64,000 nucleotides of DNA from Minisyncoccota bacterium. GTDB lineage: Bacteria; Patescibacteriota; Minisyncoccia; Phycocordibacterales; JBAYLF01. Location of the stretch: positions 3,380-67,379 of the forward strand of contig JBAYLF010000001.1 of the NCBI GenBank assembly GCA_041664205.1. Direction: 5' to 3'. Below, in pieces: positions 19,885 to 30,115 of the stretch. The translations under genes and the position numbers were made by a program. Position 1 is the first letter of the stretch. Each line of letters opens with the position of its first letter. Below the pieces are notes generated by a model. It had not been told where the DNA came from. It saw nothing but the letters and a program-made list of their open reading frames with translations, and searched no databases.

Positions 19885-20745
19885 TTAAACCAATTCAGCG
19901 ATCTTTTTACTTGAAGCAGATTTATTTACAACAACCGGCTCGATGCTTTCGCGTGTCTTTGGTAAACATTGAGGATAATTTTTCTGAACAAAATCTAAAA
20001 GTTTTTCTCTAACTTCACATCTTAGATTCCAAGCGGCTCCGGCATCATTAGCACTAACAAGAGCTCGTAATTCAACAGTTCGTTCTTTTATATCAGTGAC
20101 CTGAATAACTTTCGCTTTTTTATTCCATAATGCTGAATTCTCCATTATTCTATCAAATTCCTCTCTCAACGGCTCTAGAGGCATAGAGTAATCAACATTT
20201 AAAAACACTGTGCCTAAAATATCCGAACCTGTTCTAGTCCAATTCTGAAAAGGCTTTTCGATAAAATAATTTATAGGAAGCACTAGACGTCTTTGATCCC
20301 ATATTTTAACAACAACATATGTAAGAGTTAATTCCTCTATTTTTCCCCATTCACCTTCAACAATAACAACATCGTCAAGCCGTATCGGCTGAGTTAATGC
20401 TATCTGAAATCCAGCAAGAATCATTGAAATGCTTTTTTGAGCTGCAAAACCAACAATAATACCAATCACTCCAGCTGAAGCAATAATGCTTGTTCCAATC
20501 TGTCGAACAGAATCAAAAACCATTAATATTGCTGCCCCCGTCAATATAAACAAAAATACCAAAGCAATTTTTTTTAAAAGTTTGACCTGCGTTAAAATTT
20601 TTCTTGCAGATAAATTATTTTCTTGATCAATACGATAACGTCTGATAACAGCTCTTTCAATAATATTAATAATTAAATAGACAACTAAGCTTGCTACAAG
20701 AATTAGTCCTAATGAAACAAAATATTGAAATGGAATATCAAACAT
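19885..20745 (-). CDS. Small-conductance mechanosensitive channel (MscS family)
   Basis: GFAAQ, QPIRLDDVVIVEGEWGKIEE. Confidence 0.92.
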   Translation of the reverse strand: MFDIPFQYFVSLGLILVASLVVYLIINIIERAVIRRYRIDQENNLSARKILTQVKLLKKIALVFLFILTGAAILMVFDSVRQIGTSIIASAGVIGIIVGFAAQKSISMILAGFQIALTQPIRLDDVVIVEGEWGKIEELTLTYVVVKIWDQRRLVLPINYFIEKPFQNWTRTGSDILGTVFLNVDYSMPLEPLREEFDRIMENSALWNKKAKVIQVTDIKERTVELRALVSANDAGAAWNLRCEVREKLLDFVQKNYPQCLPKTRESIEPVVVNKSASSKKIAELV

Positions 20746-20798
20746 AATTTTAAAATTTTAGACTTTAATAAAAAAATTATAACATAAAATTTAATCTG

Positions 20799-21001
20799 AT
20801 GGGATTTGAAACTTACAGCTTAGCATCGTGGGATTTGGTCACAGATAATTTTGCAAGGCAAAATTTCCGCGACCTCGCCTCGCGCCTGCTTCGCAGACTT
20901 CACTCGCAAGGCTCGTTCCGTGCGCTCCGGCTTTCAAATCCCACACTCTCCGCTCAACAAAATGGCGACACGCATTCGCGTGTCGCACTATTTTGTACGA
21001 G
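20799..21001. repeat. GC-rich palindromic element carrying copies of the tRNA-Ser 3' end
   Basis: 23-bp perfect inverted copy at 20933-20955 of 20999-21021; partial direct copies near 20800 and 20828. Confidence 0.75.
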
Positions 21002-21090
21002 CGGAGAGTGTGGGATTTGAACCCACGAAGGGTTTTAAAGCCCTTACCTCGTTAGCAGTGAGGCGCTTTCGACCACTCAGCCAACTCTCC
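21002..21090 (-). tRNA. tRNA-Ser(GCT)
   Basis: Acceptor GGAGAGT/ACTCTCC with G discriminator, anticodon loop CT-GCT-AA, long variable arm, GGTTCAAATCC T-loop; CCA not encoded. Confidence 0.97.
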
Positions 21091-21208
21091 ATTGTATGCC
21101 TAGCATACACAATATTTAGTTTTTCTTACAAAGACACTTTATCATATTACTAAACTCATTTCTAGTCGATGAGTTTTAATTCAAATTGCAGCCACAGCAA
21201 AATGTGTT

Positions 21209-21958
21209 ATGCTTTTCCCCAGTATGAACATTGAACAAATATATCAAAAATCAGATTCTTTAAATTTACAAGAAGAATCGCTTAAATCAGGTATTTTAGG
21301 AATTCAAAAAGAACGAAATGATCTTAATGAAGAAGTCAAACAAATGCTTCGTAATGGAGAAAGCACTGGTGATAAAGTATTAGATATCGTCATCAAACGT
21401 TTTGGCTTAGAAAAATCAAAAGATTACAGAAAAAGATTTTCTATCTTGCAAAAAACGATAGCTGATCATCAAGACGAATATGTTTTAATAATTGAGACTT
21501 CCGGTTATCGTGATGTTAGGCAATATTCAGCGATAATATCCGAAGCTGAAAATAAAATGTATCGCGGAATTCGCAGACTGCCCCAAGTTTATTATTATTT
21601 AGGCATAATTTCTGGAGAAGAAATTTTTTACGAAAATAATTGTCCTGAACATACTTATGAAGCTAACGAACTTCTCCAAATTCCAACACTCGCTCATATT
21701 GCAAAATCCACAACAACAGATTATACAAAACTTGAAGGTTGTATAAGATCGAAACATTCAGCAACTAAAAGATTAATGGCAATCACACAAGGCGAAGTTA
21801 ATGAAACAGGAACTATTTTTAGTCTAGGTGAAGATTCTCAAAAAGTTATATTTGTAATTGGTAATCCATCTTTAAATGAGTTTTTTGCTCAAAAAACTCA
21901 AGAAGCATCTATGGCAAAACAAAACTTTGATCATATGATGCCACTTCTTAAAAAATAA
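21209..21958 (+). CDS. Hypothetical protein
   Basis: 249-aa ORF followed by a terminator hairpin at ~21967-21999. Confidence 0.7.
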   Translation: MLFPSMNIEQIYQKSDSLNLQEESLKSGILGIQKERNDLNEEVKQMLRNGESTGDKVLDIVIKRFGLEKSKDYRKRFSILQKTIADHQDEYVLIIETSGYRDVRQYSAIISEAENKMYRGIRRLPQVYYYLGIISGEEIFYENNCPEHTYEANELLQIPTLAHIAKSTTTDYTKLEGCIRSKHSATKRLMAITQGEVNETGTIFSLGEDSQKVIFVIGNPSLNEFFAQKTQEASMAKQNFDHMMPLLKK

Positions 21959-22029
21959 GGCGCCACAGCGCACGACTATCGAAATAGTCGTGCGCTTTTC
22001 ATTTTTATACGCTGAAGTAGAATAGCAGA

Positions 22030-24180
22030 ATGATACTAAAAGACCCTATTGAAAAAGCTTTCAGACTGTCGCCTCTTCAAAAGATAGCTCTAAGCAAGTT
22101 GAGAATAAAAACTGTAGAAGATCTGCTTTTCTATTTTCCTACTCATTATGGCGAAATTGCTGAGGTTAAGCTTATTCAAAATCTGTCAAAAGGCGACCAT
22201 GCGACCCTCTACGGTAAAATCTCAAAACTCAAAATGAGCAAAGCTTACATTAAAAAAATTCCAATGGCAGAAGCAAATCTAGAAGATGAAAGCGGGCACA
22301 TTAAAATGATCTGGTTCCATCAGCCTTATATAACCAAAATGATAACAGAAGACGGTTTTTATAAAGTTGAAGGAAATGTTTCAGAAAGAAAAGGTCAGCT
22401 TTATATCACAAACCCAGACGTTGTAGGAATAAGCAAACTACCAACTGCGGTCGGAGATTCTATTTTTGGAGAAGCTGTAGAAAATTTTGGCTATCCAGTT
22501 TATTCAGAAAGTAGAGGAATTACATCTAAATGGTTTTATTATGCAATTCAGAAAATTTTCCAAGCTGGATTGCTTGATGAAGTTGTAGATCCTATTCCTG
22601 CTGAAATTTTAAAAAAATATAATTTGCCGACACTTAAGACCGCGCTCTTTTGGATACACGAACCAAAGAAAAAATCTGACGCAGACGCCGCAAGAAAGCG
22701 CTTCGCTTTCGAAGAAGTTTTTTTTATACAGCTTGCAAATCAAAGAATGCGACTTGAATACGAAAAAGAGCATGCATTTAAAATAGAGAGGCCAAGCAAA
22801 GACATTGAAGAGTTCGTTTCTCGCTTCCCTTTCAAAATGACAAATGCTCAGCAAAAAGCTGTGAACCATATTCTTGAAGATTTTAAAAAAGGACGACCGA
22901 TGGCGAGGCTTCTCGAAGGAGATGTCGGTAGCGGAAAGACTGCAGTCGCCGCTTGTGCCGTATACGCTACAACTATGACCAATCCAGGAAAACAAAATTA
23001 CGGATCGCTTCAAACTGCTTATATGGTGCCAACAGAAATTTTAGCAAAACAGCATTTTGAATCTTTTATAAAGTATTTTTCGCATCTCAATATTTCCATA
23101 GGGCTTTTAACTGGAAGTGAGTGTAGAAAATTTCCTTCAAAAGTAAATCCATCTGGTTGGACTCATATTTCAAAAGCTCAACTAAAAAAGTGGGTAGCAA
23201 ACGGAGAGATCGCCGTGCTTATAGGAACACATGCTTTAATCCAAAAATCAGTCACATTTAAAAATTTAGCCAATGTTATCATCGATGAACAGCATCGCTT
23301 CGGCACAAGCCAAAGACAAAAATTAACAAGGAAAGATAAAATTGCTCCTCATCTGCTTTCGATGACCGCAACGCCGATCCCTCGCACACTTGCTCTAACG
23401 ATATTCGGCGACCTTGATCTGACGCTTCTAGATGAAATGCCTGCTGGAAGAAAAATAATAATAACAGAGATCGTTACGCCAGATAAAAGAAATAACGCTT
23501 ATGAAAAAATTGAAAAAGAACTAGAGAGCGGAAGACAGCTATACATAATCTGCCCTCGAATAGACGAACCGGATCCAGATAAAGAACAAACATTGAATGT
23601 TAAATCAGTAACAGAGGAAGCAAAAAGATTAAAAAGGGAAGTTTTTCCAAAATATGAAATTGCAATCTTGCACAGCAAGATGAAGCCGAAAGAAAAAGAA
23701 AAAATAATGAATGATTTTTACGAAGGACGATTGGATATTTTGGTTTCTACTTCTGTAGTGGAAGTTGGCGTAAATGTTCCAAATGCAACTGTAATAATAA
23801 TTGAGGGCGCAGAGCGATTTGGTCTGGCACAGCTTCATCAGCTTCGAGGCCGCGTATTACGAAGTAATCATCAGGCATACTGCTTTGTTTTTGCTGAAGC
23901 AAAAACAAAAAAAACTTTAGACAGACTGCGCGCATTTAAAAATGCAAAAAATGGTTTTGAACTTGCCGAATACGACCTGGCATTTCGCGGACCAGGAGAA
24001 CTTTCCGGGGTTAAGCAATGGGGACTTTCAGATCTTGGAATGGAAGCAATAAAAAATATTAGAATGGTTGAGGCTGCAAGGCTCGAAGCACAGGAACTTT
24101 TAAAAAATAATCCAGAATTAATATCATACTCGCTGATAAAAAAGAAATTAGAATCCAAAAAAGAAATTCATTTTGAATAA
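22030..24180 (+). CDS. recG: ATP-dependent DNA helicase RecG
   Basis: OB wedge domain, GDVGSGKT, DEQHRFG, MTATPIPRTL, QLHQLRGRV. Confidence 0.97.
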   Translation: MILKDPIEKAFRLSPLQKIALSKLRIKTVEDLLFYFPTHYGEIAEVKLIQNLSKGDHATLYGKISKLKMSKAYIKKIPMAEANLEDESGHIKMIWFHQPYITKMITEDGFYKVEGNVSERKGQLYITNPDVVGISKLPTAVGDSIFGEAVENFGYPVYSESRGITSKWFYYAIQKIFQAGLLDEVVDPIPAEILKKYNLPTLKTALFWIHEPKKKSDADAARKRFAFEEVFFIQLANQRMRLEYEKEHAFKIERPSKDIEEFVSRFPFKMTNAQQKAVNHILEDFKKGRPMARLLEGDVGSGKTAVAACAVYATTMTNPGKQNYGSLQTAYMVPTEILAKQHFESFIKYFSHLNISIGLLTGSECRKFPSKVNPSGWTHISKAQLKKWVANGEIAVLIGTHALIQKSVTFKNLANVIIDEQHRFGTSQRQKLTRKDKIAPHLLSMTATPIPRTLALTIFGDLDLTLLDEMPAGRKIIITEIVTPDKRNNAYEKIEKELESGRQLYIICPRIDEPDPDKEQTLNVKSVTEEAKRLKREVFPKYEIAILHSKMKPKEKEKIMNDFYEGRLDILVSTSVVEVGVNVPNATVIIIEGAERFGLAQLHQLRGRVLRSNHQAYCFVFAEAKTKKTLDRLRAFKNAKNGFELAEYDLAFRGPGELSGVKQWGLSDLGMEAIKNIRMVEAARLEAQELLKNNPELISYSLIKKKLESKKEIHFE

Positions 24181-24188
24181 CAATATTA

Positions 24189-24218
24189 AAAACGGCCTGC
24201 ACTAGCAGGCCGTTTTTT
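24189..24218. terminator. Bidirectional intrinsic terminator
   Basis: AAAAACGGCCTGC-ACTA-GCAGGCCGTTTTTT between convergent genes. Confidence 0.8.
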
Positions 24219-24227
24219 AATTTATTG

Positions 24228-24398
24228 TAGCATTTGTAGAATTGGATACAGTTCGACCCGTCCGCCACGCAAGCAGAGCCTTGCGAGGCGTTGCGGGCGA
24301 GAGGCGCGAGTGCGGAGCAAACTGAGCAATACTTTGTAGTATTGTGAAGGAGCACCGCAAGCGAGCAACAAAGAAATGTGCCAATCCTACAAATGCTA
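24228..24398. repeat. Palindromic miniature element (RPE/CIR-like), copy 2, with a nested insertion
   Basis: TIR TAGCATTTGTAGAATTGG / CCAATCCTACAAATGCTA; core aligns with 3351-3473 apart from a ~46-nt insert at 24257-24302. Confidence 0.8.
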
Positions 24399-24399
24399 T

Positions 24400-26871
24400 T
24401 TAATTTATCGTAAACACTCCGCTATTGGCAGTGTGAGTAGTATCGCTCTCATCAATCACTTTTATATAATAACTAGAACCAGCGGTGAGTGTAGTTGGTA
24501 AAATATAATCTATAGAACCTGAGTCTGGATCAACGCCTGTAGCAATATCAAGAATCGCTGCGCTAGTCCAAAGTGAAAACTTAAGTTTCCCTACACCCAT
24601 AGCACTCCATCTGATAGGTAAAACATTTCCTCTTGTAAAAATTTGTCCAATAACAGGCTGACTAACATAAATATTAGGCGTTTGAATACTGAATGACTGA
24701 CTACTCTTGCCGAATACATTTGCATTTATTGCATTGTAAACAAAAATAGAATAATTATCACCCAAAGCCTGCGTAGTAGGAATTGTCCAATTATATGAAC
24801 CTGTATTACTTATACTTGTTGCAAGTGTTGTAGTTCCTGTTCCATTAACAAGAACAATACTAACTTTTGGAACGCTACCTGTGGTTGACCAAGAAATTGG
24901 TAATGTTTTCCCTCGATAAAATGTTCCACCAGTATCAGGGGAAGAAAGAGTTAAAAGACCTGAAACAATTTTAAAAATACCACTTGTTGCATACACAGAA
25001 GCATTATCTGATTCTTGAATGCGAATACGATATCTATCCCAAGGAGAAATATCATTACCTAATGTCCATGAAGCACCACCATTATTTATAATATTAGATG
25101 CTAAAGTGCTCGTGCTTGAAACGACTTCAATTGCCGTTCCACCACTAACTATCGTTGATGAATTAATAAGCAACTTTTCAAGAATTATATCAACATTAGA
25201 AATATATCCTGTTGAACTCCAAACAATTCTTTCAGAAGACCCAGGCGACAAAACTTCACCATTCACAGGAGAACTAACACTAATCGATCCATCTGTAATT
25301 AAAAAATTTGCATTATTTGATGTTCCATTTGCATTTGAAATTGTAATAGGATAACTCCCTATTGGTCTAACTTTTGGTAGTGTAAAAGTAAGATAAACTC
25401 CATCCAAAGAGCTTACTCTACTAACAGTAGTCGTTGTTCCAATATTTATATTGTTTGCCAAAACATCAGTGCTTGTTGAAAGAAAACCAATACCATTAAC
25501 ATTAATCGTGGTTCCAGCCGGACCTGATGTCGGATTAATATTATAAATCGCCGGAGTAGTTGTAGATTTTGTCACGGTGAAAAAAACAGGAGAACTTGTG
25601 CCACTACCGTTTGATACGCTTATTGGATATGTTCCAAGAGGAATAACAGATGACGAACAATAAGATCCTGGTGAGCAAGGCCTTTCAGGAATTCTAAAAA
25701 ATAATTGATTGCCATATGAAGATGCTAAACCAACCAAAGCATTACTTACACCAGCAAAATTAATATTATTGGTTAATGTAGTTGCAAATCCTGTGCCGAC
25801 TAACGTAACTATTGTTCCTGTTTGTCCGCTTGATGGAGATACATAGGTTATTGAAGGAGCTCCCCAACTCGTAGAAGTAGATGTGCCACTGCTGACAATA
25901 ATAGAATATGATTGCTCTAAATTATCACTTTGACCACTTTCTACCAAACGCAGTTTAAAATTATAAACTCCCGCTCTAGTTGGAGTGCCTCCAATATGAA
26001 TCGGGGTCTGACATGGATACCTAACACAAACTGTGGCATCGCTTAAATATAATCCATCCGGCAAATAACCATTTGAAAGACTCCAGCTATAATTACCAAG
26101 CCCTCCTAATGATGATACCGACACATCATAAGGCGCCCCCACATAAGCTATAGGCAAAGAAGCAGGAGTAAACGGTAATAATGTTGTTGTAGAATAATTT
26201 AATAAATTAAATTTAAAGATATTGCTCTGTTTGCCACTCGGAGTAAATACAGAAACATCATATATTCCCTTTTGTGCAATCTTGTCTGGAGTAAGACATG
26301 GAGGTTCTGCGTAACGACATATAGGCAATAAAACATTTGGCACATTAAATTTAAGAGAGGTGCCATTTTGAGAAGAAATATTTATAATTGCACCATCACC
26401 AAATTTAACTATATTATTGTTAAGAGCAAAACCAGATCCATTTATTGTAACTTCTGAATTCCAAAGTCCAGAGTTTGGTGAAATTCCTGTAATTATTGGG
26501 GAACCTTTTATGTCTGTGACAAGACCTCCACAAGTCAGCTGTCTTATTTTCTCGCGCGTTATTGGGCCTAAAGAACCATAACCAGTTGTTGATGGCGTTC
26601 CAGAATACACAACTCCATTTCTAGATTGAAAATCTTTTACAGCTTGTTCTGTTATTGATCCAAAAAAACCTGTGATCTCTGGATAATTATAATCACCTTG
26701 AGCTTCCAAAAATGATTGCAATTTAGAAACTTCACCATTAACTAATGCATCTCTTGAACCGTAAAATATTTTGTAAGTAAATGTGACGCAAGAACTAGAT
26801 GTATCAGCATTGGCATACGGAATATTTAAGAAAAGAGCCAAGAGAACAGAAAGAAGTATAATTTTTTTCAT
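24400..26871 (-). CDS. Secreted surface protein: peptidoglycan-binding domain plus IPT/TIG and other Ig-like repeats
   Basis: Signal peptide; VSKLQSFL..TGFFGSITEQAVKDFQ; repeated PxIxxISPxSG..VTLxGxGF; C-terminal SPxxG...ISWS repeats. Confidence 0.85.
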   Translation of the reverse strand: MKKIILLSVLLALFLNIPYANADTSSSCVTFTYKIFYGSRDALVNGEVSKLQSFLEAQGDYNYPEITGFFGSITEQAVKDFQSRNGVVYSGTPSTTGYGSLGPITREKIRQLTCGGLVTDIKGSPIITGISPNSGLWNSEVTINGSGFALNNNIVKFGDGAIINISSQNGTSLKFNVPNVLLPICRYAEPPCLTPDKIAQKGIYDVSVFTPSGKQSNIFKFNLLNYSTTTLLPFTPASLPIAYVGAPYDVSVSSLGGLGNYSWSLSNGYLPDGLYLSDATVCVRYPCQTPIHIGGTPTRAGVYNFKLRLVESGQSDNLEQSYSIIVSSGTSTSTSWGAPSITYVSPSSGQTGTIVTLVGTGFATTLTNNINFAGVSNALVGLASSYGNQLFFRIPERPCSPGSYCSSSVIPLGTYPISVSNGSGTSSPVFFTVTKSTTTPAIYNINPTSGPAGTTINVNGIGFLSTSTDVLANNINIGTTTTVSRVSSLDGVYLTFTLPKVRPIGSYPITISNANGTSNNANFLITDGSISVSSPVNGEVLSPGSSERIVWSSTGYISNVDIILEKLLINSSTIVSGGTAIEVVSSTSTLASNIINNGGASWTLGNDISPWDRYRIRIQESDNASVYATSGIFKIVSGLLTLSSPDTGGTFYRGKTLPISWSTTGSVPKVSIVLVNGTGTTTLATSISNTGSYNWTIPTTQALGDNYSIFVYNAINANVFGKSSQSFSIQTPNIYVSQPVIGQIFTRGNVLPIRWSAMGVGKLKFSLWTSAAILDIATGVDPDSGSIDYILPTTLTAGSSYYIKVIDESDTTHTANSGVFTIN

Positions 26872-26997
26872 AGAAAATAATTTATAATTGAATATCTCTA
26901 TTATATAATAGAAAAAATAATACTTTTTAATAAATGTTGATAAGTATGGTTGTTTAGTATAATATTAAATTGCCTTATATCGTTATAATGCAATTAT

Positions 26998-27070
26998 GGG
27001 CGTATAGCTCAGTTGGTAGAGCACGGAGCTTATACCTCCGCGGTCCTAGGTTCGAGTCCTAGTGCGCCCA
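26998..27070 (+). tRNA. tRNA-Ile(TAT), anticodon UAU
   Basis: Acceptor GGGCGTA/TGCGCCC with A discriminator, anticodon arm CGGAG-CT-TAT-AC-CTCCG, GGTTCGAGTCC; CCA not encoded. Confidence 0.93.
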
Positions 27071-27149
27071 CAAATTACTTTGAGATATAAAAGAAAAAAG
27101 CCCAATTAAGTTTGGGCTTTTGAATATGAAAATATAATTTATCATCAGC

Positions 27150-27569
27150 TTAAAGACCGGCTTCTAAACCACCCTCATCTCGAATTCTACAATCTTCAGA
27201 ACAATAGATTCTGTCAGAAAAATATCCTTTAACTCGACATGAATAGCAAACCTTATGATCACAAGATTCTTCTCCTTCCCCGCACTCTTCACATTCACAT
27301 TCGCTTAATGGTCCGCATTCCTCAATAGGTTTGACGCAACCAAAGCATGTTAGATCTTCTAATCTAAGACCTTCGGTCGGCTTAGAAATTTCCTCACTTT
27401 TGCTTCCAACACAATCATTACAACAAATCTGAAAATCTCCCGTGGTAGTGCGACAATATAAACAAAAAAATTCATTACAAAAAATACACTCTTCTAATTC
27501 GCACGGATTTATTTTTCTGTTACATTTTTTACACCTATCTCTTTCAAAATTCTCGCCAAATTCATTCAT
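27150..27569 (-). CDS. Cys-rich putative zinc-finger protein (two modules)
   Basis: 21 Cys in 139 aa, arranged as CxxC pairs. Confidence 0.7.
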   Translation of the reverse strand: MNEFGENFERDRCKKCNRKINPCELEECIFCNEFFCLYCRTTTGDFQICCNDCVGSKSEEISKPTEGLRLEDLTCFGCVKPIEECGPLSECECEECGEGEESCDHKVCYSCRVKGYFSDRIYCSEDCRIRDEGGLEAGL

Positions 27570-27666
27570 AATATTTTGATTCTAAAAAGAAGTATAATTA
27601 AATAACATTCTTTTGTAAACAAAAAAGAGTCTCAGTGAGACTCTTTTAATTTTTGAGTTTTTAAAC

Positions 27667-27939
27667 TCAACAACATCCATTTGTTCCGGAACTTATTTCG
27701 ACATGATAATTTCCTTTGACTAAATGCTCGCTTGCATTAACTTTTTCCATGCATTCTTGGCAACAAAAAACATTGCCTTTTTCATCCTTAATATTAGCAG
27801 AACATTTTGTGCAACATAAACAACTCGGACGACTACATCCGGTCATGCCACCAACCTCATCAATCGTTCCGCCACATTTTGAACATTTTATCGAATTTGC
27901 TATCTCATCATACGCTTCATCAATTTCTCTTTCATTCAT
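27667..27939 (-). CDS. Cys-rich putative zinc-finger protein (one module)
   Basis: 12 Cys in 90 aa; followed by its own terminator at ~27621-27646. Confidence 0.65.
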   Translation of the reverse strand: MNEREIDEAYDEIANSIKCSKCGGTIDEVGGMTGCSRPSCLCCTKCSANIKDEKGNVFCCQECMEKVNASEHLVKGNYHVEISSGTNGCC

Positions 27940-28040
27940 AACTTACCTTTCTTTTTCTGAAAAAAGTATAGTTTAAAAAATATTTTCTTGCAAATAAAAA
28001 ATCGACAACCTTGATTGGCTTGCCGATTTTTTAAATAAAT

Positions 28041-30011
28041 TTAAGCTTGATGTTCTATGTCAATTTTCTTTTTTGGAACAATGCCATTCGCAACAAGAAT
28101 TTTTTCAAACTCTTCGCGTTCAATTGTTTCGACTTCCATAAGTTTTTCCGCAATGACATTTAGAATTTTTCTATGTTCAGTAATAATGCTCAAAGCTTTT
28201 GTATTTGAATCGTTCATGATCTTAGAAACCTCTGAATCGATTTTTTTACTGACTTCTTCTGAATATTCCCTATTCTCAACACCTCGTCCAAACATTGCTC
28301 TGCCTCCAGAACTCTCTAGTGCAATCGGTCCGATGTTGTCAGACATTCCATATTTTGTAACCATATCTCGAGCCAACGCTGTAGCAACCTGGAGATCATT
28401 TGAAGATCCTGTTGTTAAGTCTCCAAAAATATTTTTCTCAACTACATATCCACCAAGTGATACTACAATATCATCCATAAATTCATTCTTTGATTGAAGT
28501 TTTCGTTCTTCAAGAGGAAGCTTCAAAGTATATCCTGCAGCACGCCCCCTAGAAATAATAGAAACTTTATGAACTGGATCCGCATATGGTAACACCGATG
28601 CAAGAAGAGCATGTCCTGCTTCATGATATGCAGTGATTTCTTTTTCTTTCTTTGAAAGAAGGTGGCTTTTTCTCTCAGGTCCTAACATAACTTTTTCAAT
28701 TGATCTAATAAGATCGTATTGAGAAATTTTTGAACGACTCTCTCGCGCTGTCAAAATTGCCCCCTCGTTCATAAGTGATTGTAGATCAGCACCAGAAAAT
28801 CCTGGAGTGCGTTCTGCAACAACTTTCAAATTAATATCTTCTGCTAAAGGTTTTTCACGTGCATGAATTTTCAAAATTTCTTCGCGATCATTTCTGTCTG
28901 GAAGATCAATCACTACTCGCCTATCAAATCGTCCTGGTCGTAAAAGTGCTGGGTCTAAAACGTCAGGTCTGTTTGTTGCAGCCATAACGATCACTTTTTC
29001 TGTTTGTTCGAAACCATCCATCTCAACCAAAATTTGGTTTAACGTCTGTTCTCTCTCATCATTTCCTCCGCCAATTCCAGTGCCTCGAACACGCCCCACT
29101 GCATCAATTTCATCAATGAAAATAATCGAAGGTGCGGATTGTTTTGCCATTCGAAAAAGATCTCGAACGCGGCTTGCTCCAACACCTACAAACATTTCTA
29201 CGAATTCTGAACCCGATACAGAAAAGAATGGCACGCCTGCTTCGCCAGCAACAGCACGTGCAAGAAGTGTCTTGCCTGTTCCTGCTGCGCCCATCAAAAT
29301 AACTCCCTTAGGAATACGTGCTCCTATATCTAAAAACTTTTTCGGATTTTTTAAGAAATCAACAATTTCTACAAGTTCTTCTTTTGCTTCTTTTGCGCCC
29401 GCAACTTCTTTAAAAGTAATTCTTTGCTTTTTATCATGAGGCAAAATCATTCTTGCTCTCGACTGTCCAAAAGTAAATGCTTGCATGCCTGCTCCTTTTA
29501 CCTGACGTGAAATGAACCAAAGAAAAATTCCGACAAAAACCAGAGGAATTAAAAATGGCGCTAAAGTAACAAACCAATAGAAAAAGCCTGAGGGATCTTG
29601 TTCAGAAATTTTTACATCTTTTAGCGATTCTTGTTTTACTCCATAGTTAACAAGTGTCTGCGAAAGCGGTGTTCCTGTTTCTTTTTTAGATTTTTTTACA
29701 ACAGATTGAGCTCCGTCTTGAGCTTTGTATGTAACATTAAGATCATCTCCTTGAACAGATATTTCAGTCACTAATCCAGAAGAAACATCTGAGGCAATCT
29801 CTGAAATTGGAACTGTTGGATTACTTTTTGTTTCGTCAGCTAAAAATGAATAGAGAGTTACAAGCAAAAGAAAAATAAGAAGCGTGCTTATAATATTTCC
29901 TGTAAATTGCTTATTTTTATCTCCGCCTTTTTTATTATCGCCGCTGAAGTTTAATTTAATATTTTTAAACTTTTGCTGGTTCTTTGGTTTTTTTTCGTTT
30001 AAGTTTGGCAT
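28041..30011 (-). CDS. ftsH: ATP-dependent zinc metalloprotease FtsH
   Basis: Two TMs, [29 protein letters not shown]. Confidence 0.98.
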   Translation of the reverse strand: MPNLNEKKPKNQQKFKNIKLNFSGDNKKGGDKNKQFTGNIISTLLIFLLLVTLYSFLADETKSNPTVPISEIASDVSSGLVTEISVQGDDLNVTYKAQDGAQSVVKKSKKETGTPLSQTLVNYGVKQESLKDVKISEQDPSGFFYWFVTLAPFLIPLVFVGIFLWFISRQVKGAGMQAFTFGQSRARMILPHDKKQRITFKEVAGAKEAKEELVEIVDFLKNPKKFLDIGARIPKGVILMGAAGTGKTLLARAVAGEAGVPFFSVSGSEFVEMFVGVGASRVRDLFRMAKQSAPSIIFIDEIDAVGRVRGTGIGGGNDEREQTLNQILVEMDGFEQTEKVIVMAATNRPDVLDPALLRPGRFDRRVVIDLPDRNDREEILKIHAREKPLAEDINLKVVAERTPGFSGADLQSLMNEGAILTARESRSKISQYDLIRSIEKVMLGPERKSHLLSKKEKEITAYHEAGHALLASVLPYADPVHKVSIISRGRAAGYTLKLPLEERKLQSKNEFMDDIVVSLGGYVVEKNIFGDLTTGSSNDLQVATALARDMVTKYGMSDNIGPIALESSGGRAMFGRGVENREYSEEVSKKIDSEVSKIMNDSNTKALSIITEHRKILNVIAEKLMEVETIEREEFEKILVANGIVPKKKIDIEHQA

Positions 30012-30115
30012 AATTTAAATTAATTAGATTTAAAAAATTATATCACAAAAACCCCAAAAAGGAACCCGACCATTATGATTTGCATACTTATACTGATAAT
30101 ATATACAATATAAAT

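Noticed and set aside
20799-21153. ORFs 20799-21020 and 20851-21153
   Set aside because: They overlap tRNA-Ser on the opposite strand and its palindromic trailer.
24059-24355. 98-aa minus-strand ORF
   Set aside because: It reads through the palindromic element and antisense to recG.
28057-29439. Long antisense ORFs within ftsH (similarly within pilT, recA, efp and glyQS)
   Set aside because: Shadow frames of conserved genes with no independent signals or motifs.
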